A stretch of 64,000 nucleotides of DNA, from the NCBI GenBank assembly GCA_016195715.1, contig JACPZA010000002.1:43246-107245 (forward strand), written 5' to 3'. Shown in pieces: positions 47,269-57,753 of this stretch. Source of the DNA: Candidatus Daviesbacteria bacterium (GTDB lineage: Bacteria > Patescibacteriota > Microgenomatia > Daviesbacterales > UBA10151). Made by a program: the position numbers and the translations under genes. Under the pieces are notes generated by a model. The model had not been told where the DNA came from and did not search any database. It saw nothing but the letters and a program-made list of their open reading frames with translations. Every line of letters begins with the position of its first letter. Positions within the stretch are counted from its first letter, which is position 1.

Positions 47269-49263
47269 TCAGCTTGGATTAATCTTTATTGGGGTGCAAT
47301 CATCACAAAGTCCAAGTTCTTCTAGTTTTTCCAAATACCTAATCACTGTTAAGACAAACTCAGCGTGGCTCCAGATTAAGGGAGAAACAGAGATATGCTC
47401 GCCTGTCTCTGGATGAAGCTGCTCAGACATGACTCCAGATGGCAGAGCATATTTAACTGCCCAAGCTAAAATTTGTTTGGATTTTTGCAAGTCTGATTCA
47501 TTTTTTGAAGTAGCAATATAATACTGAGCTAACCAAAAGGAAGTAATAAACCAAGGATTACCTACAGTTTCTGGTATTGCTGTGCTATATTTATCCCATT
47601 CATATCTGGCAAACCCTCCAACTTGTCTACCAACCGCTAGTTTTTCTTCAGTTAGCTTTAGAGCTTTTTGGACTTTTTCATCCGTAACACTTAGTACTCC
47701 AAATCTCCAAATTCCATAAATACTTGAAGCATCGATTGTTTTATCTATCTCTATTTCTTTATCATTAAAATTAATCATTTTATAAAAATAACCTAATTTT
47801 TCATCAAACAGGTATTTTAAAATTGCAGTTTGAATTTCTTTTGCAGTAGAAAGATAGCGATTTTCAGCTTCAGTTTTTCCTAAAAGTGAGGCAAATTTAG
47901 AAGCTGCAATCAAAGACGCATAAACAGTTGAAGCAGTAAAAGTAGTAATACCAAATTTCTCTTCCCACAAATCATAGCTTGGCTTAGGAAGTCCACTAAC
48001 TTCTTCTCGGTGAAAAACTAAAAATTCTGCACAAGATTTAATTAAAGAATTATAAATATTTTCAATAAACTCCAAATCTTTAGTTATCAAATAGTGTTGC
48101 CAAAGCACATAAATAATTAAAGCTGTCTCATCTTCTTGAATTGGTAAAACTGGTTTACCATCTCTAATCCAAGGATGCCAAGAAGATCCCAAAGATTGAT
48201 CAGGGCGATAGCGGTGCATAAAATAACCCTCATCTGAAACTACTTGGTTACAAAATTCAAAAAACTTTTTAACCACTGGAGAATCACCTGATTTATCTAG
48301 CGCTAAAGCAATTAAAGCTGCATCTCTTGGCCAAAGATAACAGTAAGTATCTTTACCATGATGCAAAACATCAGTGTCACCTGAAGCTAGAATTGAGCCA
48401 CGATTATCAACATGAGTGCGCATAATCAACAAAGATTTTTTAAATAACCTAGAAATAGAATCATCAAGCGATTTAAAGTGAAATGGTTGGCGGTTAACCC
48501 AAGCGTACCAAAAATCTCGAGTTGTCCTCATTAAATAATTGGGTAGTTTTTCCAAAACATATAAATTTAACTGGTGCGCTTCTTTAACAAATTTTGCAGC
48601 GACAATCCAATAAAAAACTTCAGCAGATTTTTGTGAGTCAACTTCACAAGTCACCGCTATTACAGAATCAACTAAACCATGTTCAACTGGGTTTTTAGCT
48701 AAAATTCCATCTTCGGCATCTTTATAAGTTCCCTCCTTTCCTTCAATCTTAAAATTACCAATCGAAAAATCATCAAAACTAGCCCGTCCAGAAATTGCAT
48801 TTATTAAAAAAACTCTCCGACCTTTGTAATGAATAATCACGTTTTTAACCGGATCAAAATAAGCGCTATCCCGTAAATGTGATTCATACATTTCAAACTC
48901 CTGATGAAAAAATATTTTAATTTTTCTTTTGCTATCAGCTAAGTTATAAATTTTAGCTTTACGGATAAAGATATTGGTCTCGTTATAAACTACATCATTT
49001 AGGTCCACTCTAACTTGTAGCTTGGTATTAACTGCTTGAATATCTGAAACCAAAGTTTCTTCTTGGTAATTAATATGAATTTCCCAGCTTTCATCATCAA
49101 ACCAACTAAATTGATTATCTACAAAAATTCCAATTCGATGCACAAAAAGTGAACCAGCTTGGTTTTCTAAACCAACATAAGGAAAATAAAAATCTCGAAC
49201 CTGACCTCTTTTATCGAGTGTAATTAGAATATTTCCATTCCCCAGAACTAATGATTTAGGCAT
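47269..49263 (-). CDS. Glycoside hydrolase family 15-like glucoamylase/glucodextranase
   Basis: The GH15 N-terminal beta-domain start is LVLGNGNILITLDKRGQVRDFYFPYVG. The (alpha/alpha)6 catalytic region has YCYLWPRDAALIALAL. Confidence 0.8.
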   Translation of the reverse strand: MPKSLVLGNGNILITLDKRGQVRDFYFPYVGLENQAGSLFVHRIGIFVDNQFSWFDDESWEIHINYQEETLVSDIQAVNTKLQVRVDLNDVVYNETNIFIRKAKIYNLADSKRKIKIFFHQEFEMYESHLRDSAYFDPVKNVIIHYKGRRVFLINAISGRASFDDFSIGNFKIEGKEGTYKDAEDGILAKNPVEHGLVDSVIAVTCEVDSQKSAEVFYWIVAAKFVKEAHQLNLYVLEKLPNYLMRTTRDFWYAWVNRQPFHFKSLDDSISRLFKKSLLIMRTHVDNRGSILASGDTDVLHHGKDTYCYLWPRDAALIALALDKSGDSPVVKKFFEFCNQVVSDEGYFMHRYRPDQSLGSSWHPWIRDGKPVLPIQEDETALIIYVLWQHYLITKDLEFIENIYNSLIKSCAEFLVFHREEVSGLPKPSYDLWEEKFGITTFTASTVYASLIAASKFASLLGKTEAENRYLSTAKEIQTAILKYLFDEKLGYFYKMINFNDKEIEIDKTIDASSIYGIWRFGVLSVTDEKVQKALKLTEEKLAVGRQVGGFARYEWDKYSTAIPETVGNPWFITSFWLAQYYIATSKNESDLQKSKQILAWAVKYALPSGVMSEQLHPETGEHISVSPLIWSHAEFVLTVIRYLEKLEELGLCDDCTPIKINPS

Positions 49264-50458
49264 GTTTTTCTTCTAGTCTTAATTTTAAATCATTTAAGAC
49301 ATTCATAAAACAAATAAATGCATCATAAGGAGATTCATAAGGGTTAAAATATTTATGAACATCACCATCGTTAAACCATTTAGTACACATATAATAAAAA
49401 TGATCAGAGGTTTGGAGTTTTCGCCAATCATCTAATAAGTTTTGATCTTTAGTTTGTTTAATTTTGCCTTCCAACTCATAGAGCTTTTTTAGACCATCTT
49501 CCTGCATTGAATTTGAAACCCAAGCTGATAAATCTCTTTCAATATCTGCCCATGAGATAAACTCGGGAATATCTAATTCTCCTCTAGCAGGATATTTTTT
49601 TAAAGCTTGCGTTGGAGTAACAAAGTTATTATCAGGGTTTTTTAAAATCTCCCCGGGCAAAGCCTTTAAAAATTCAAAAATCCCAGTATCTACCCATTGA
49701 TGTTCACCAAAAGTTTCATAATCCATAAATAAGTTTACTATCTCGCCACTGCCATTAATACTACTTATCCAACTAGCATACTTTGGCGCGGTTAGTGGAT
49801 ACTCCATCCAATCTTTTGAAGAAAAACGAAATGCAATATCATCTGAGAGTTTATAATTTTTAAGTAATAACTTAATTTTTTTTAAGTTCTTCGGGTGATA
49901 AAGAAAGTTTGGACTTTGCCAACCTAAAATTCGATCAACTCCTTCAGTTAAAATTCCAATATATCCCAAACTTTCAATTAGTTTAGCAAGATCATTGTTA
50001 TAAATTAGTTCAGTATTTCTAAAAACTTTTGGTCTTTGATTAAATATTTTTTTAATTTGTTTTTGATGAAGTTCAACTTGGGAGATAAATTCTGCTTGCG
50101 AATATAAAAAAGACAGTGAGTGATAATAAGTTTCGGCTAAAAATTCAACTTTTTTAGTAGCTGCTAAAGCTTGGAATGACTCAACTACCTCGGGTAAAAA
50201 TTTAGAAAATTGCTCAAGTAAAACTCCAGATATGGAAAAACTAATTTTAAAATCAGGATATTTTTTTAAAAGCTCAAGCAATAAATGATTAGTTGGTAAA
50301 TAAGATTTAGTTGCAACTTTTTTTAAAACTTGCAGATTATTTAAATTATTTTCACCCAGTTGATTAAAATAATTATGATCCAAGCCAATATCAAAAATTC
50401 GATATTTTTTAACCCGAAATGGTTGATGAACTTGAAAGTAAAAACAAATACTAGGCAT
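49256..50458 (-). CDS. Glycoside hydrolase family 57 protein (alpha-glucan-active)
   Basis: The GH57 N-terminal signature is ICFYFQVHQPFRVKKY. Confidence 0.8.
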   Translation of the reverse strand: MPSICFYFQVHQPFRVKKYRIFDIGLDHNYFNQLGENNLNNLQVLKKVATKSYLPTNHLLLELLKKYPDFKISFSISGVLLEQFSKFLPEVVESFQALAATKKVEFLAETYYHSLSFLYSQAEFISQVELHQKQIKKIFNQRPKVFRNTELIYNNDLAKLIESLGYIGILTEGVDRILGWQSPNFLYHPKNLKKIKLLLKNYKLSDDIAFRFSSKDWMEYPLTAPKYASWISSINGSGEIVNLFMDYETFGEHQWVDTGIFEFLKALPGEILKNPDNNFVTPTQALKKYPARGELDIPEFISWADIERDLSAWVSNSMQEDGLKKLYELEGKIKQTKDQNLLDDWRKLQTSDHFYYMCTKWFNDGDVHKYFNPYESPYDAFICFMNVLNDLKLRLEEKHA

Positions 50459-51647
50459 AACTATTTAACAAAACCTCCTTATAAAGCTCTATGCACTCAT
50501 TTGCAGCTTTGTTCCAGGTAAATTGCATAGCTTGCTTTTGACCGTTACTTGCCAGGCAAGACTTTAAAGAATTAAAATTTAAGACTGCTAAAATTTTATT
50601 GACCATTTCATCAACGTCCCAAAAATCAGTTTTTAATGCATGTGACAAAATTTCACTTACCCCTGATTGCTTGGAGATCAAAACCGGCGTTCCGTAAGCA
50701 AGCGATTCCAGAGTTGAAATTCCAAATGGCTCAGAAACTGATGGCATAATAAATAAATCTGCAGCCTGATAAATTTTAGCTAACATTTCACCTCTTAAAA
50801 AACCTACAAAAAATACTTTGTCTGAGATCCCTAAACTAGCAGTTTGTTGAATAATTTGGCCTTCCATATCTCCAGAGCCAGCAATAATAAAATAAACTTT
50901 TGGATAAAACTGCAAAACTTTTTGGGCAGCTTTCAAAAAATAATCCACCCCTTTTTGCAAAGTAATTCGACCAACAAACAAAACAATTTTTGCTCCATTT
51001 TGTTTTAGCTTACTTAAATCAAGCTCACTCTTATTTTCTATATGCTCTACTTTTTCTACACCATTGTGAATTACTTTGATTTTATCTGGACTAATTTCAT
51101 ATTGTTCAGTTATAATTTTTTTGGTGAAATTAGAAACTGCAATAATTTTATCTGCACTCTCTAAACCAATTTTTTCTATTTCATAAACTCTGGGATTAAT
51201 ATTTTTTCCTCCAGTTCGATCAAACTCTGTTGCATGAACGTGCACTATTAGTGGTTTTTTGCTGACTCTTTTTGCTTCAATTCCAGCTTGAAATGTTAAC
51301 CAATCATGAGCATGAATCAGATCAAACTCAGTACTTTTTGCTATTTCTCTAGCAAGTAAGCCATATTTATAAACTTGTGAAAATAGATCTCCATCAAATC
51401 CTAAAGCTTTTTTTTGTTTGTGGTCATCTGCAGTTATATAACCAGACATAAATTTAATATCTAGGTTAGTACTATCTGCAAAAATTATTTTAATAAAGTT
51501 TGATTCAATTGGAACTTTTTTTGGTAAAACAAAAGTTATCTGAAAATTTTTTTGACTTAGCGCTTTTGAGAGTCCATAACAAGCTACTCCTAATCCCCCA
51601 CTATTAAATGGTGGAAATTCCCAACCAAACATTAATACTTTAGTCAT
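50451..51647 (-). CDS. Glycogen-synthase-like retaining glycosyltransferase (GT4/GT5, GT-B fold)
   Basis: The N-terminus KVLMFGWEFPPFNSGGLGVACYGLSKAL resembles the K-x-GGL motif of archaeal-type GlgA. The E-x7-E motif is SEPFGISTLE. Confidence 0.65.
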   Translation of the reverse strand: MTKVLMFGWEFPPFNSGGLGVACYGLSKALSQKNFQITFVLPKKVPIESNFIKIIFADSTNLDIKFMSGYITADDHKQKKALGFDGDLFSQVYKYGLLAREIAKSTEFDLIHAHDWLTFQAGIEAKRVSKKPLIVHVHATEFDRTGGKNINPRVYEIEKIGLESADKIIAVSNFTKKIITEQYEISPDKIKVIHNGVEKVEHIENKSELDLSKLKQNGAKIVLFVGRITLQKGVDYFLKAAQKVLQFYPKVYFIIAGSGDMEGQIIQQTASLGISDKVFFVGFLRGEMLAKIYQAADLFIMPSVSEPFGISTLESLAYGTPVLISKQSGVSEILSHALKTDFWDVDEMVNKILAVLNFNSLKSCLASNGQKQAMQFTWNKAANECIELYKEVLLNSYA

Positions 51648-51754
51648 AATTATTAGATCATAAATTCCACTAAAAATCGGACAGAACTAAACTGCTTAAT
51701 TTAATTAAATATCGCTTGTTTTTTTAATTTTCTCAAACTAAGATAATTTAAACA

Positions 51755-53023
51755 ATGGGAAATAATGCTCTGAAAACAAAGTACATTCAAAAAGCAAAAG
51801 CGATATTTTTAGCTAATTTGATGCAGGGTTATTCGGCTTGGAAAAAAACTAACTATAAATATATTGCTCCAGCTAGCAAAGAATATATTTATCAGTGGCT
51901 CTGGGATAGCGCTTTTCATGCTATAGTTTTATCTCATTTTGATACTTCTTGGGCAAAAAGTGAGATTAGAAATTTTTTAATGGGTCAATGGCCAGATGGA
52001 TTTATTCCTCATGTTGTTTTTTGGGGAAATAAAAAAATCCTCCCTCACTGGGCTTATATTGAAAGCAAATTATCCATTAGACCAAGGACTACTGCATTAA
52101 CTCAACCTCCAGCATTAGCTTTAGCTGTTGAGGTAATTTATGAAAAAGACAAGGATAAAGATTTTCTAAGAGACGTATTGCCTAAATTAGCTAGACACCA
52201 TCGCTGGTTACTAGAAAATAGAGATATCGATAAGGATAATTTAATTTCTATAATCTCACCCAATGAATCTGGCATGGATGAGTCACCAGTTTTTCAATTT
52301 GTGGCCGGATTTTTAGCTCAAGATGCTGCCAGATTACACTATTATTATCGCAGAGGGGATTTTTTAAATCACCGCTTTCTTTTTAATTCTAAGTTAATTT
52401 TGGAAAAAGATTATTTTAACTGTGAAGAGTTAGTTTTTAATACTGTATTTATTCAAGCGAGTAGAAGTTTAGCTAAGTTATTTTTAGAAATTGGAGAAAT
52501 CTCTGAAGCTAAGTTTTTTGATGGTATTGCCCAAAAATCTGAAAATTCACTTCTAGAAAAATGTTGGGATGATAAAGATCAAATTTTTTATTCTATCTTT
52601 TCTAAAAATGAGAAAAAAGCTAAGGTTAAAACTGTTGCTAGTCTTATTCCATTATTTTTGGATGGAATAAGCAAAACCCAAGCTGATGCTTTGGTTAAAA
52701 AACATTTACTGAGCAAAAATGAATTTTGGACAAATTTTCCCATCCCCTCTGTTGCTAAAAATGAGATTTACTATACTCCAACTGAAACACCATTTTATAA
52801 AGTTAAACTACTTTGGCGAGGACCAACATGGATTAATACCAACTGGTTTGTAATCAAAGGGCTTAGGAAACATGGCTACGATGAAATTGCCGATCAGATT
52901 ATTGAAAAAACATGTCAGATGATTGAAAAATCTGGATTTAGGGAATATTACAATCCAGAAACAGGTGAAGGTTATAGACGATCAAACTTTGGCTGGTCAA
53001 CTTTAATCTTAGATCTTCTGTAA
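51755..53023 (+). CDS. (alpha/alpha)6-barrel glycoside hydrolase (GH63 / GDE_C / trehalase-like)
   Basis: YIYQWLWDSAFHAIVL and other barrel-type aromatic motifs. 422 aa. Confidence 0.5.
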   Translation: MGNNALKTKYIQKAKAIFLANLMQGYSAWKKTNYKYIAPASKEYIYQWLWDSAFHAIVLSHFDTSWAKSEIRNFLMGQWPDGFIPHVVFWGNKKILPHWAYIESKLSIRPRTTALTQPPALALAVEVIYEKDKDKDFLRDVLPKLARHHRWLLENRDIDKDNLISIISPNESGMDESPVFQFVAGFLAQDAARLHYYYRRGDFLNHRFLFNSKLILEKDYFNCEELVFNTVFIQASRSLAKLFLEIGEISEAKFFDGIAQKSENSLLEKCWDDKDQIFYSIFSKNEKKAKVKTVASLIPLFLDGISKTQADALVKKHLLSKNEFWTNFPIPSVAKNEIYYTPTETPFYKVKLLWRGPTWINTNWFVIKGLRKHGYDEIADQIIEKTCQMIEKSGFREYYNPETGEGYRRSNFGWSTLILDLL

Positions 53024-53076
53024 TTTTTAATTGACCAGACTTTAAGGGATTTGTTACCATGAATTGACTACTAAAT

Positions 53077-54591
53077 ATGAATCCTGTCCCAAAAACTCCT
53101 CATCAAGGCAATTTATTTTTAAAAATTGCTGTCGTAGTGATTATTACCAATTTAAGTTTGGCTTTGGGAATTATTTTTCACCTAAAACTTATTTTTACAT
53201 TGGCTATTTTAGCTGTTACATCAATTATTAATTTAGGAGTAATTTATACCTTTTTACTTCCATTAAAATCACTTCTTAAGTTTACAGTTAAATTTATTAA
53301 TGGTCAAACAAACGAAAGATTCAATATTCAAACTGGTGATGAGATTGAAGAACTAGCCTTAGCCTTTAGTCAAATTAATCAAAACTTAAGCCAAACTCTA
53401 ACTAAGACACTAAGGGAAAAAGATTTACTAGTTTCAGAAAAAAATAAATTAGCGACTATTATTTCATCAATTACCGATGGAATTATTGTTGTTGATCTAC
53501 ATAAAAAAATTATTTTAGCAAATCAATCCGCTTTAAATATTATTGGAATACCTGGAAATGAAGTTCTAAAGCAAAATCTAGAAGAGATTATTAAACTAAC
53601 TGATAAAACTGACCGGATTTTAACTAGTGATGAGTACTGTCCAATTAGCTTAACTCCATCAGATACTCCAAAAAAATTTAAACCTAACGAACCAGTTGTT
53701 TTAACTAATAAAGCTAACAAAAAATCCCAAATTCGCTTAACTAGCACTTCAGTTATTGGTAACACCCAAGCTGACTTAGGTTGTGTCTTAATTTTTCATG
53801 ATCTTACTCAAGAAACTGCGCTAGAAGCCATGCAAGTTGATTTTGTGTCAATGGCATCTCATGAACTAAGGACACCACTAACAAGTATTCTCGGTTATTT
53901 AAATGTTTTAGCTGAAGACGGTAAAAATAATTTTACAACCACACAAAAAGATTTTGTAAATAAAATTTTAACTGCTTCCCAACAATTAGCAGTCTTGGTT
54001 AATAATTTATTAAATGTTTCAAGGGTAGAAAGAGGGGCCTTTTCGATCTCATCACGTCCTTTGGATTGGGCCAAAACTTTAACCCAAGCAGTTGATGAAA
54101 ATAAACTTCAAGCAGCACAAAAAAATATCTCTCTAGAGCTAAATTTACCCCAAACTCTACCTTCGGTTTCTGCTGATCCAGTTAGAATGATGGAAGTTTT
54201 AAATAATTTAATCTCAAATGCAGTTAATTACACACCTGAAGGTGGTATAATTAAAATTGCAGCTAAAATAGGGAGTAATGAGGTTATTACTATGATTTCT
54301 GATAATGGTAAGGGCATACCTAAAGAAGCAATTCCTCATCTGTTTACTAAGTTTTTTAGAGTTACCTATGCTTTGGATACATCCAGCAATAGCAAAGGCA
54401 CAGGTTTAGGACTTTATTTGTCAAAATCTATTGTTGAGTTACATCATGGTAAAATCTGGGTTGAATCAGCAGGTATAAATAAGGGTTCAACCTTTTATTT
54501 TAGCTTGCCTATTTCAACTATCTCCAAATTACCATCAAATTTTCCTAATTTAAACTCTAAACCGCTAGATATTCCTCCAGTTTCTGCTTGA
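53077..54591 (+). CDS. Sensor histidine kinase (2 TM, HAMP, PAS, HisKA, HATPase_c)
   Basis: H-box MASHELRTPLTSILGY, N-box NLISNAVNYT, G-boxes DNGKGIPKE and GTGLGLYLSKSIV. Confidence 0.9.
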   Translation: MNPVPKTPHQGNLFLKIAVVVIITNLSLALGIIFHLKLIFTLAILAVTSIINLGVIYTFLLPLKSLLKFTVKFINGQTNERFNIQTGDEIEELALAFSQINQNLSQTLTKTLREKDLLVSEKNKLATIISSITDGIIVVDLHKKIILANQSALNIIGIPGNEVLKQNLEEIIKLTDKTDRILTSDEYCPISLTPSDTPKKFKPNEPVVLTNKANKKSQIRLTSTSVIGNTQADLGCVLIFHDLTQETALEAMQVDFVSMASHELRTPLTSILGYLNVLAEDGKNNFTTTQKDFVNKILTASQQLAVLVNNLLNVSRVERGAFSISSRPLDWAKTLTQAVDENKLQAAQKNISLELNLPQTLPSVSADPVRMMEVLNNLISNAVNYTPEGGIIKIAAKIGSNEVITMISDNGKGIPKEAIPHLFTKFFRVTYALDTSSNSKGTGLGLYLSKSIVELHHGKIWVESAGINKGSTFYFSLPISTISKLPSNFPNLNSKPLDIPPVSA

Positions 54592-54637
54592 CAACTCTAC
54601 TTAAAACTAATAACTTTAAAAAAGGAGAAAATAAATT

Positions 54638-55069
54638 GTGGATCCTTTAGCAATTAACCCTCAAGCCAAGAGCAAAAAAATCTTAATCGTAGAGGATGAA
54701 AAACCAATAGCTGAGCTTTATCAGCTAGTTATTTCCAAAGCTGGTTTTCAGGTGAAGATTGCTCCAGATGGGGCAACCGGTTTACAGGTGTTAGAAGCAG
54801 AAAGCTTTGATATGCTGCTTCTTGATATCATGCTACCTGGGATTAACGGACTTGAGCTGCTAAGACAATTTAAATCTAAACACCCTGATTCACAAATGAT
54901 TGTTTTACTGCTCACAAACTTAGGACAAGATGCGGTTATTAAAGAAGCTTTTGAGCTTGGAGCCACTGGTTATTTAATTAAAGCCTCTCTTACCCCAAAT
55001 CAGGTTTTGACCGAAGTTAACAATGCCTTTGCTGGAAAACAATCTGAATCTTGGGTTAAACCTGTTTAA
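54638..55069 (+). CDS. Single-domain response regulator (CheY-like receiver only)
   Basis: KILIVEDEKPIAELY...DMLLLDIMLPGINGLELLRQFK... with no output domain (143 aa). Confidence 0.85.
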   Translation: MDPLAINPQAKSKKILIVEDEKPIAELYQLVISKAGFQVKIAPDGATGLQVLEAESFDMLLLDIMLPGINGLELLRQFKSKHPDSQMIVLLLTNLGQDAVIKEAFELGATGYLIKASLTPNQVLTEVNNAFAGKQSESWVKPV

Positions 55070-55072
55070 TAT

Positions 55073-55242
55073 CAGTACCCAGAACTAGATTGGACCTGGC
55101 TGGGAGAACTGCTTGATCCATAGTTATAACTACCATTTTTAGCAAACACAAAATAATATACTAGAAAATAAATTACCCCGCCAATCACTGCATAAATTAA
55201 AATCCACTGCCAAAGTGGACGCTTTCCATAATAGTTTGCCAT
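55073..55242 (-). CDS. Possible 56-aa hydrophobic micro-protein (below the ORF-track size cutoff)
   Basis: ATG...MANYYGKRPLWQWILIYAVIGGVIYFLVYYFVFAKNGSYNYGSSSSPSQVQSSSGY. It has one TM. Confidence 0.25.
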
Positions 55243-55313
55243 TAACTTTAGTCTAAATATTTAAATTACTTGCTGTCAAGAGGATATCTGTAAGAAAAGG
55301 TTAATAAAGAAAA

Positions 55314-55598
55314 CTAATTAGTAATAACGCTATCAGGGGTTTGTAAACTCTGAGAAGTCACTTTTTCTGAAAGCAACTGGAAACGTCGATAAACTTCGAC
55401 CACTTCTTTGAGTTCTGGGGAACTTTCTAATCTCAAGCTAAGTCCTTCTTGAGCTAAAGTGGCTACGGCAGTTGTTCGACTACGAAATACTCCCCCTGCA
55501 ATTAAAGCATCAATTGCAGTTGATACATCTGGTGATAAACTTCTACAAAGTATTGGTTTGGGTAATCGAGAACTAAGGTTTTTTGCTATCTCTACCAT
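55314..55598 (-). CDS. Small protein with possible ribbon-helix-helix (CopG/Arc-like) DNA-binding fold
   Basis: STAIDALIAGGVFRSRTTAVATLAQEGL resembles the RHH beta-alpha-alpha consensus. It lies 12 nt downstream of the pyrophosphatase gene. Confidence 0.3.
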   Translation of the reverse strand: MVEIAKNLSSRLPKPILCRSLSPDVSTAIDALIAGGVFRSRTTAVATLAQEGLSLRLESSPELKEVVEVYRRFQLLSEKVTSQSLQTPDSVITN

Positions 55599-55609
55599 TA
55601 GAATAAATA

Positions 55610-57592
55610 TTAACGCAAAAAAGAAACAAGCAATAATGCGACAATATTAGCAACTTTGATCATGGGATTGATTGCCGGTCCGGCCGTGTCTTTATATGGA
55701 TCGCCAACTGTATCACCAGTTACAGCTGCTTGGTGCGCAAAACTACCTTTTCCACCAAAATTTCCAGCTTCAATATATTTTTTAGCATTATCCCAAGCAG
55801 CACCGCCTGTAGTCATGGAAATTGCCACAAAAAGCCCAGTCACTATTGTTCCAACTAACATTCCACCTAAAGCAAGTGGACCTAAAGTTAAACCCACAAT
55901 AATTGGGGCTGCAACTGGAATAATCGCTGGAAGTAACATATTTTTCTGAGCTGAAGCTGTCACAATTGATACACACCTTCCGTAATCTGGTTTAGCAGTT
56001 CCCTCCATAATACCTTTAATCTTTTTAAATTGGCGTCTAACTTCTTCAACCACTGCAGCTCCAGCTTTACCAACTGCTTCCATAGCTAAAGAGGCAAATA
56101 GATATGGCAGCGCTCCGCCAATAAATAATCCTACAATCACCTTAGGATCAGATAGAGCAAAAACTACATTACTACCCAATTCTTGTGAATAAGCTGAAAA
56201 TAAAACTAGCGCAGCTAAACCAGCTGAGGCAATTGCATAACCTTTAGTCACAGCTTTGGTGGTATTACCAACAGCATCCAGCGGATCAGTCACATTTCTA
56301 ACTTTAGCAGGTAACCCAGCCATTTCTGCAATTCCTCCAGCATTATCAGTGATTGGTCCAAAGGCATCAATTGCGACCACTATCCCAGTTAGAGAAAGCA
56401 TAGAAACAGCAGCTAAAGCTATTCCAAAAAGTCCAGCTAGAGAGTAAGAAATTAAAGTTGCAGCAGAGATTAAAATAATTGGCGCAAAAGTAGCTTGCAT
56501 TGATAGCGCTAAACCTGCTATAACATTTGTTCCGTGTCCAGTTTTTGAAGCGGCAGCCAGTAATTTAACTGGATTAAATTTGCTTCCAGTATAATACTCT
56601 GTAATAATCATCATTCCAGCTGTAACCAGTAATCCAATTAATGTAGCAAAAAATAAATTCATTGTAGAATAAACTCCATTATCTCCCATCAAATAATTTG
56701 TAACTACATAAAAAAGTCCTGCTGAAAGAATAGTTGTAACAATTAACCCTTGATATAAAGCTCTCATTATTTTTTTATCTGTCAATTTAACAAACATGCT
56801 TCCAATAATGGAAGCAAATACTGCAACAGCCATTAAACTTAAAGGGAAATTAACAACATTCAAAGATACGGGAAATATAAGTTGTCCAAGTAAAATTGCC
56901 GCAATAATAGTTACAACATAAGTTTCAAACACATCTGCAGCCATTCCAGCATCATCTCCAACATTATCTCCAACTAAATCTGCAATCACCCCTGGGTTTC
57001 TGGGGTCATCTTCTGGAATACCAGCTTCAACTTTGCCTACCATATCAGTTCCCACATCCGCTCCTTTGGTATAAATCCCTCCACCTAAGCGGGCAAAAAC
57101 AGAAATTAAAGATCCACCAAAACCCAAAGAAATTAAAGCTTTAATATCTCCTGTATACTGATAAAACCCATAGACAGCAGCTAGCGCTAAACCAACCACC
57201 AAAAATCCAGTCACAGCTCCACCTTTATAAGCTACGTCAAATGCACTAGAGAGTCCTTTTTTTGCAGCCTCTGCACATCTAATATTGGCTCTAACTGCAA
57301 TTGACATACCAATTAAGCCAGCTAAAGCAGAAGAAATTGCGCCAATTAAAAATCCTAAAGCACTGTTAAAACCAATTGCTTGATAAATTAAAGAAGAAAT
57401 AACCAAAGCAACAATTCCCACAACCACATATTGTCTTATTAAATAAGCTGCTGCACCTTGCTGGATCGCTGTTGCAATCTCCCTCATTTTTTCATCACCA
57501 GTCGGTAGCCTTAAAATTAAAGCAGATAAAACTATTCCATATAGAGTTGCAGCTCCTGCTGCTCCCCATATTAAAATATTTATTAGGTCCAT
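55610..57592 (-). CDS. hppA: Membrane-bound H+/Na+-translocating inorganic pyrophosphatase
   Basis: About 15 TM. Signatures [18 protein letters not shown] and [21 protein letters not shown]. Confidence 0.95.
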   Translation of the reverse strand: MDLINILIWGAAGAATLYGIVLSALILRLPTGDEKMREIATAIQQGAAAYLIRQYVVVGIVALVISSLIYQAIGFNSALGFLIGAISSALAGLIGMSIAVRANIRCAEAAKKGLSSAFDVAYKGGAVTGFLVVGLALAAVYGFYQYTGDIKALISLGFGGSLISVFARLGGGIYTKGADVGTDMVGKVEAGIPEDDPRNPGVIADLVGDNVGDDAGMAADVFETYVVTIIAAILLGQLIFPVSLNVVNFPLSLMAVAVFASIIGSMFVKLTDKKIMRALYQGLIVTTILSAGLFYVVTNYLMGDNGVYSTMNLFFATLIGLLVTAGMMIITEYYTGSKFNPVKLLAAASKTGHGTNVIAGLALSMQATFAPIILISAATLISYSLAGLFGIALAAVSMLSLTGIVVAIDAFGPITDNAGGIAEMAGLPAKVRNVTDPLDAVGNTTKAVTKGYAIASAGLAALVLFSAYSQELGSNVVFALSDPKVIVGLFIGGALPYLFASLAMEAVGKAGAAVVEEVRRQFKKIKGIMEGTAKPDYGRCVSIVTASAQKNMLLPAIIPVAAPIIVGLTLGPLALGGMLVGTIVTGLFVAISMTTGGAAWDNAKKYIEAGNFGGKGSFAHQAAVTGDTVGDPYKDTAGPAINPMIKVANIVALLLVSFLR

Positions 57593-57667
57593 AAGTTAAA
57601 ATATAAAGAAAATTTACCTATTTGGGAAGTGAGCAATAATCCCAATTTCTGAATTTACACTATGAGC

Positions 57668-57680
57668 TGACTATTAGTCA
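57668..57680. promoter_or_regulatory. Perfect 6-1-6 palindrome TGACTAtTAGTCA upstream of the pyrophosphatase gene; candidate operator
   Basis: Read directly from the sequence, about 75 nt upstream of the hppA start codon. Confidence 0.3.
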
Positions 57681-57691
57681 AGAAGGAGATT

Positions 57692-57740
57692 GCGAGATTA
57701 GCTTACACCTTGGAGGTGTATTTAGGTTTACACCTTGGGG
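57692..57740. repeat. REP-like hairpin (TACACCttggaGGTGTA) plus a partial direct copy (TTACACCTTGG x2) in the lon-hppA intergenic region
   Basis: Direct reading. The core CACCYTTGGRGGTG resembles the hairpins flanking the Y1 transposase at 62122 and 62831. Confidence 0.4.
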
Positions 57741-57753
57741 TTTCAGAAGAAAT

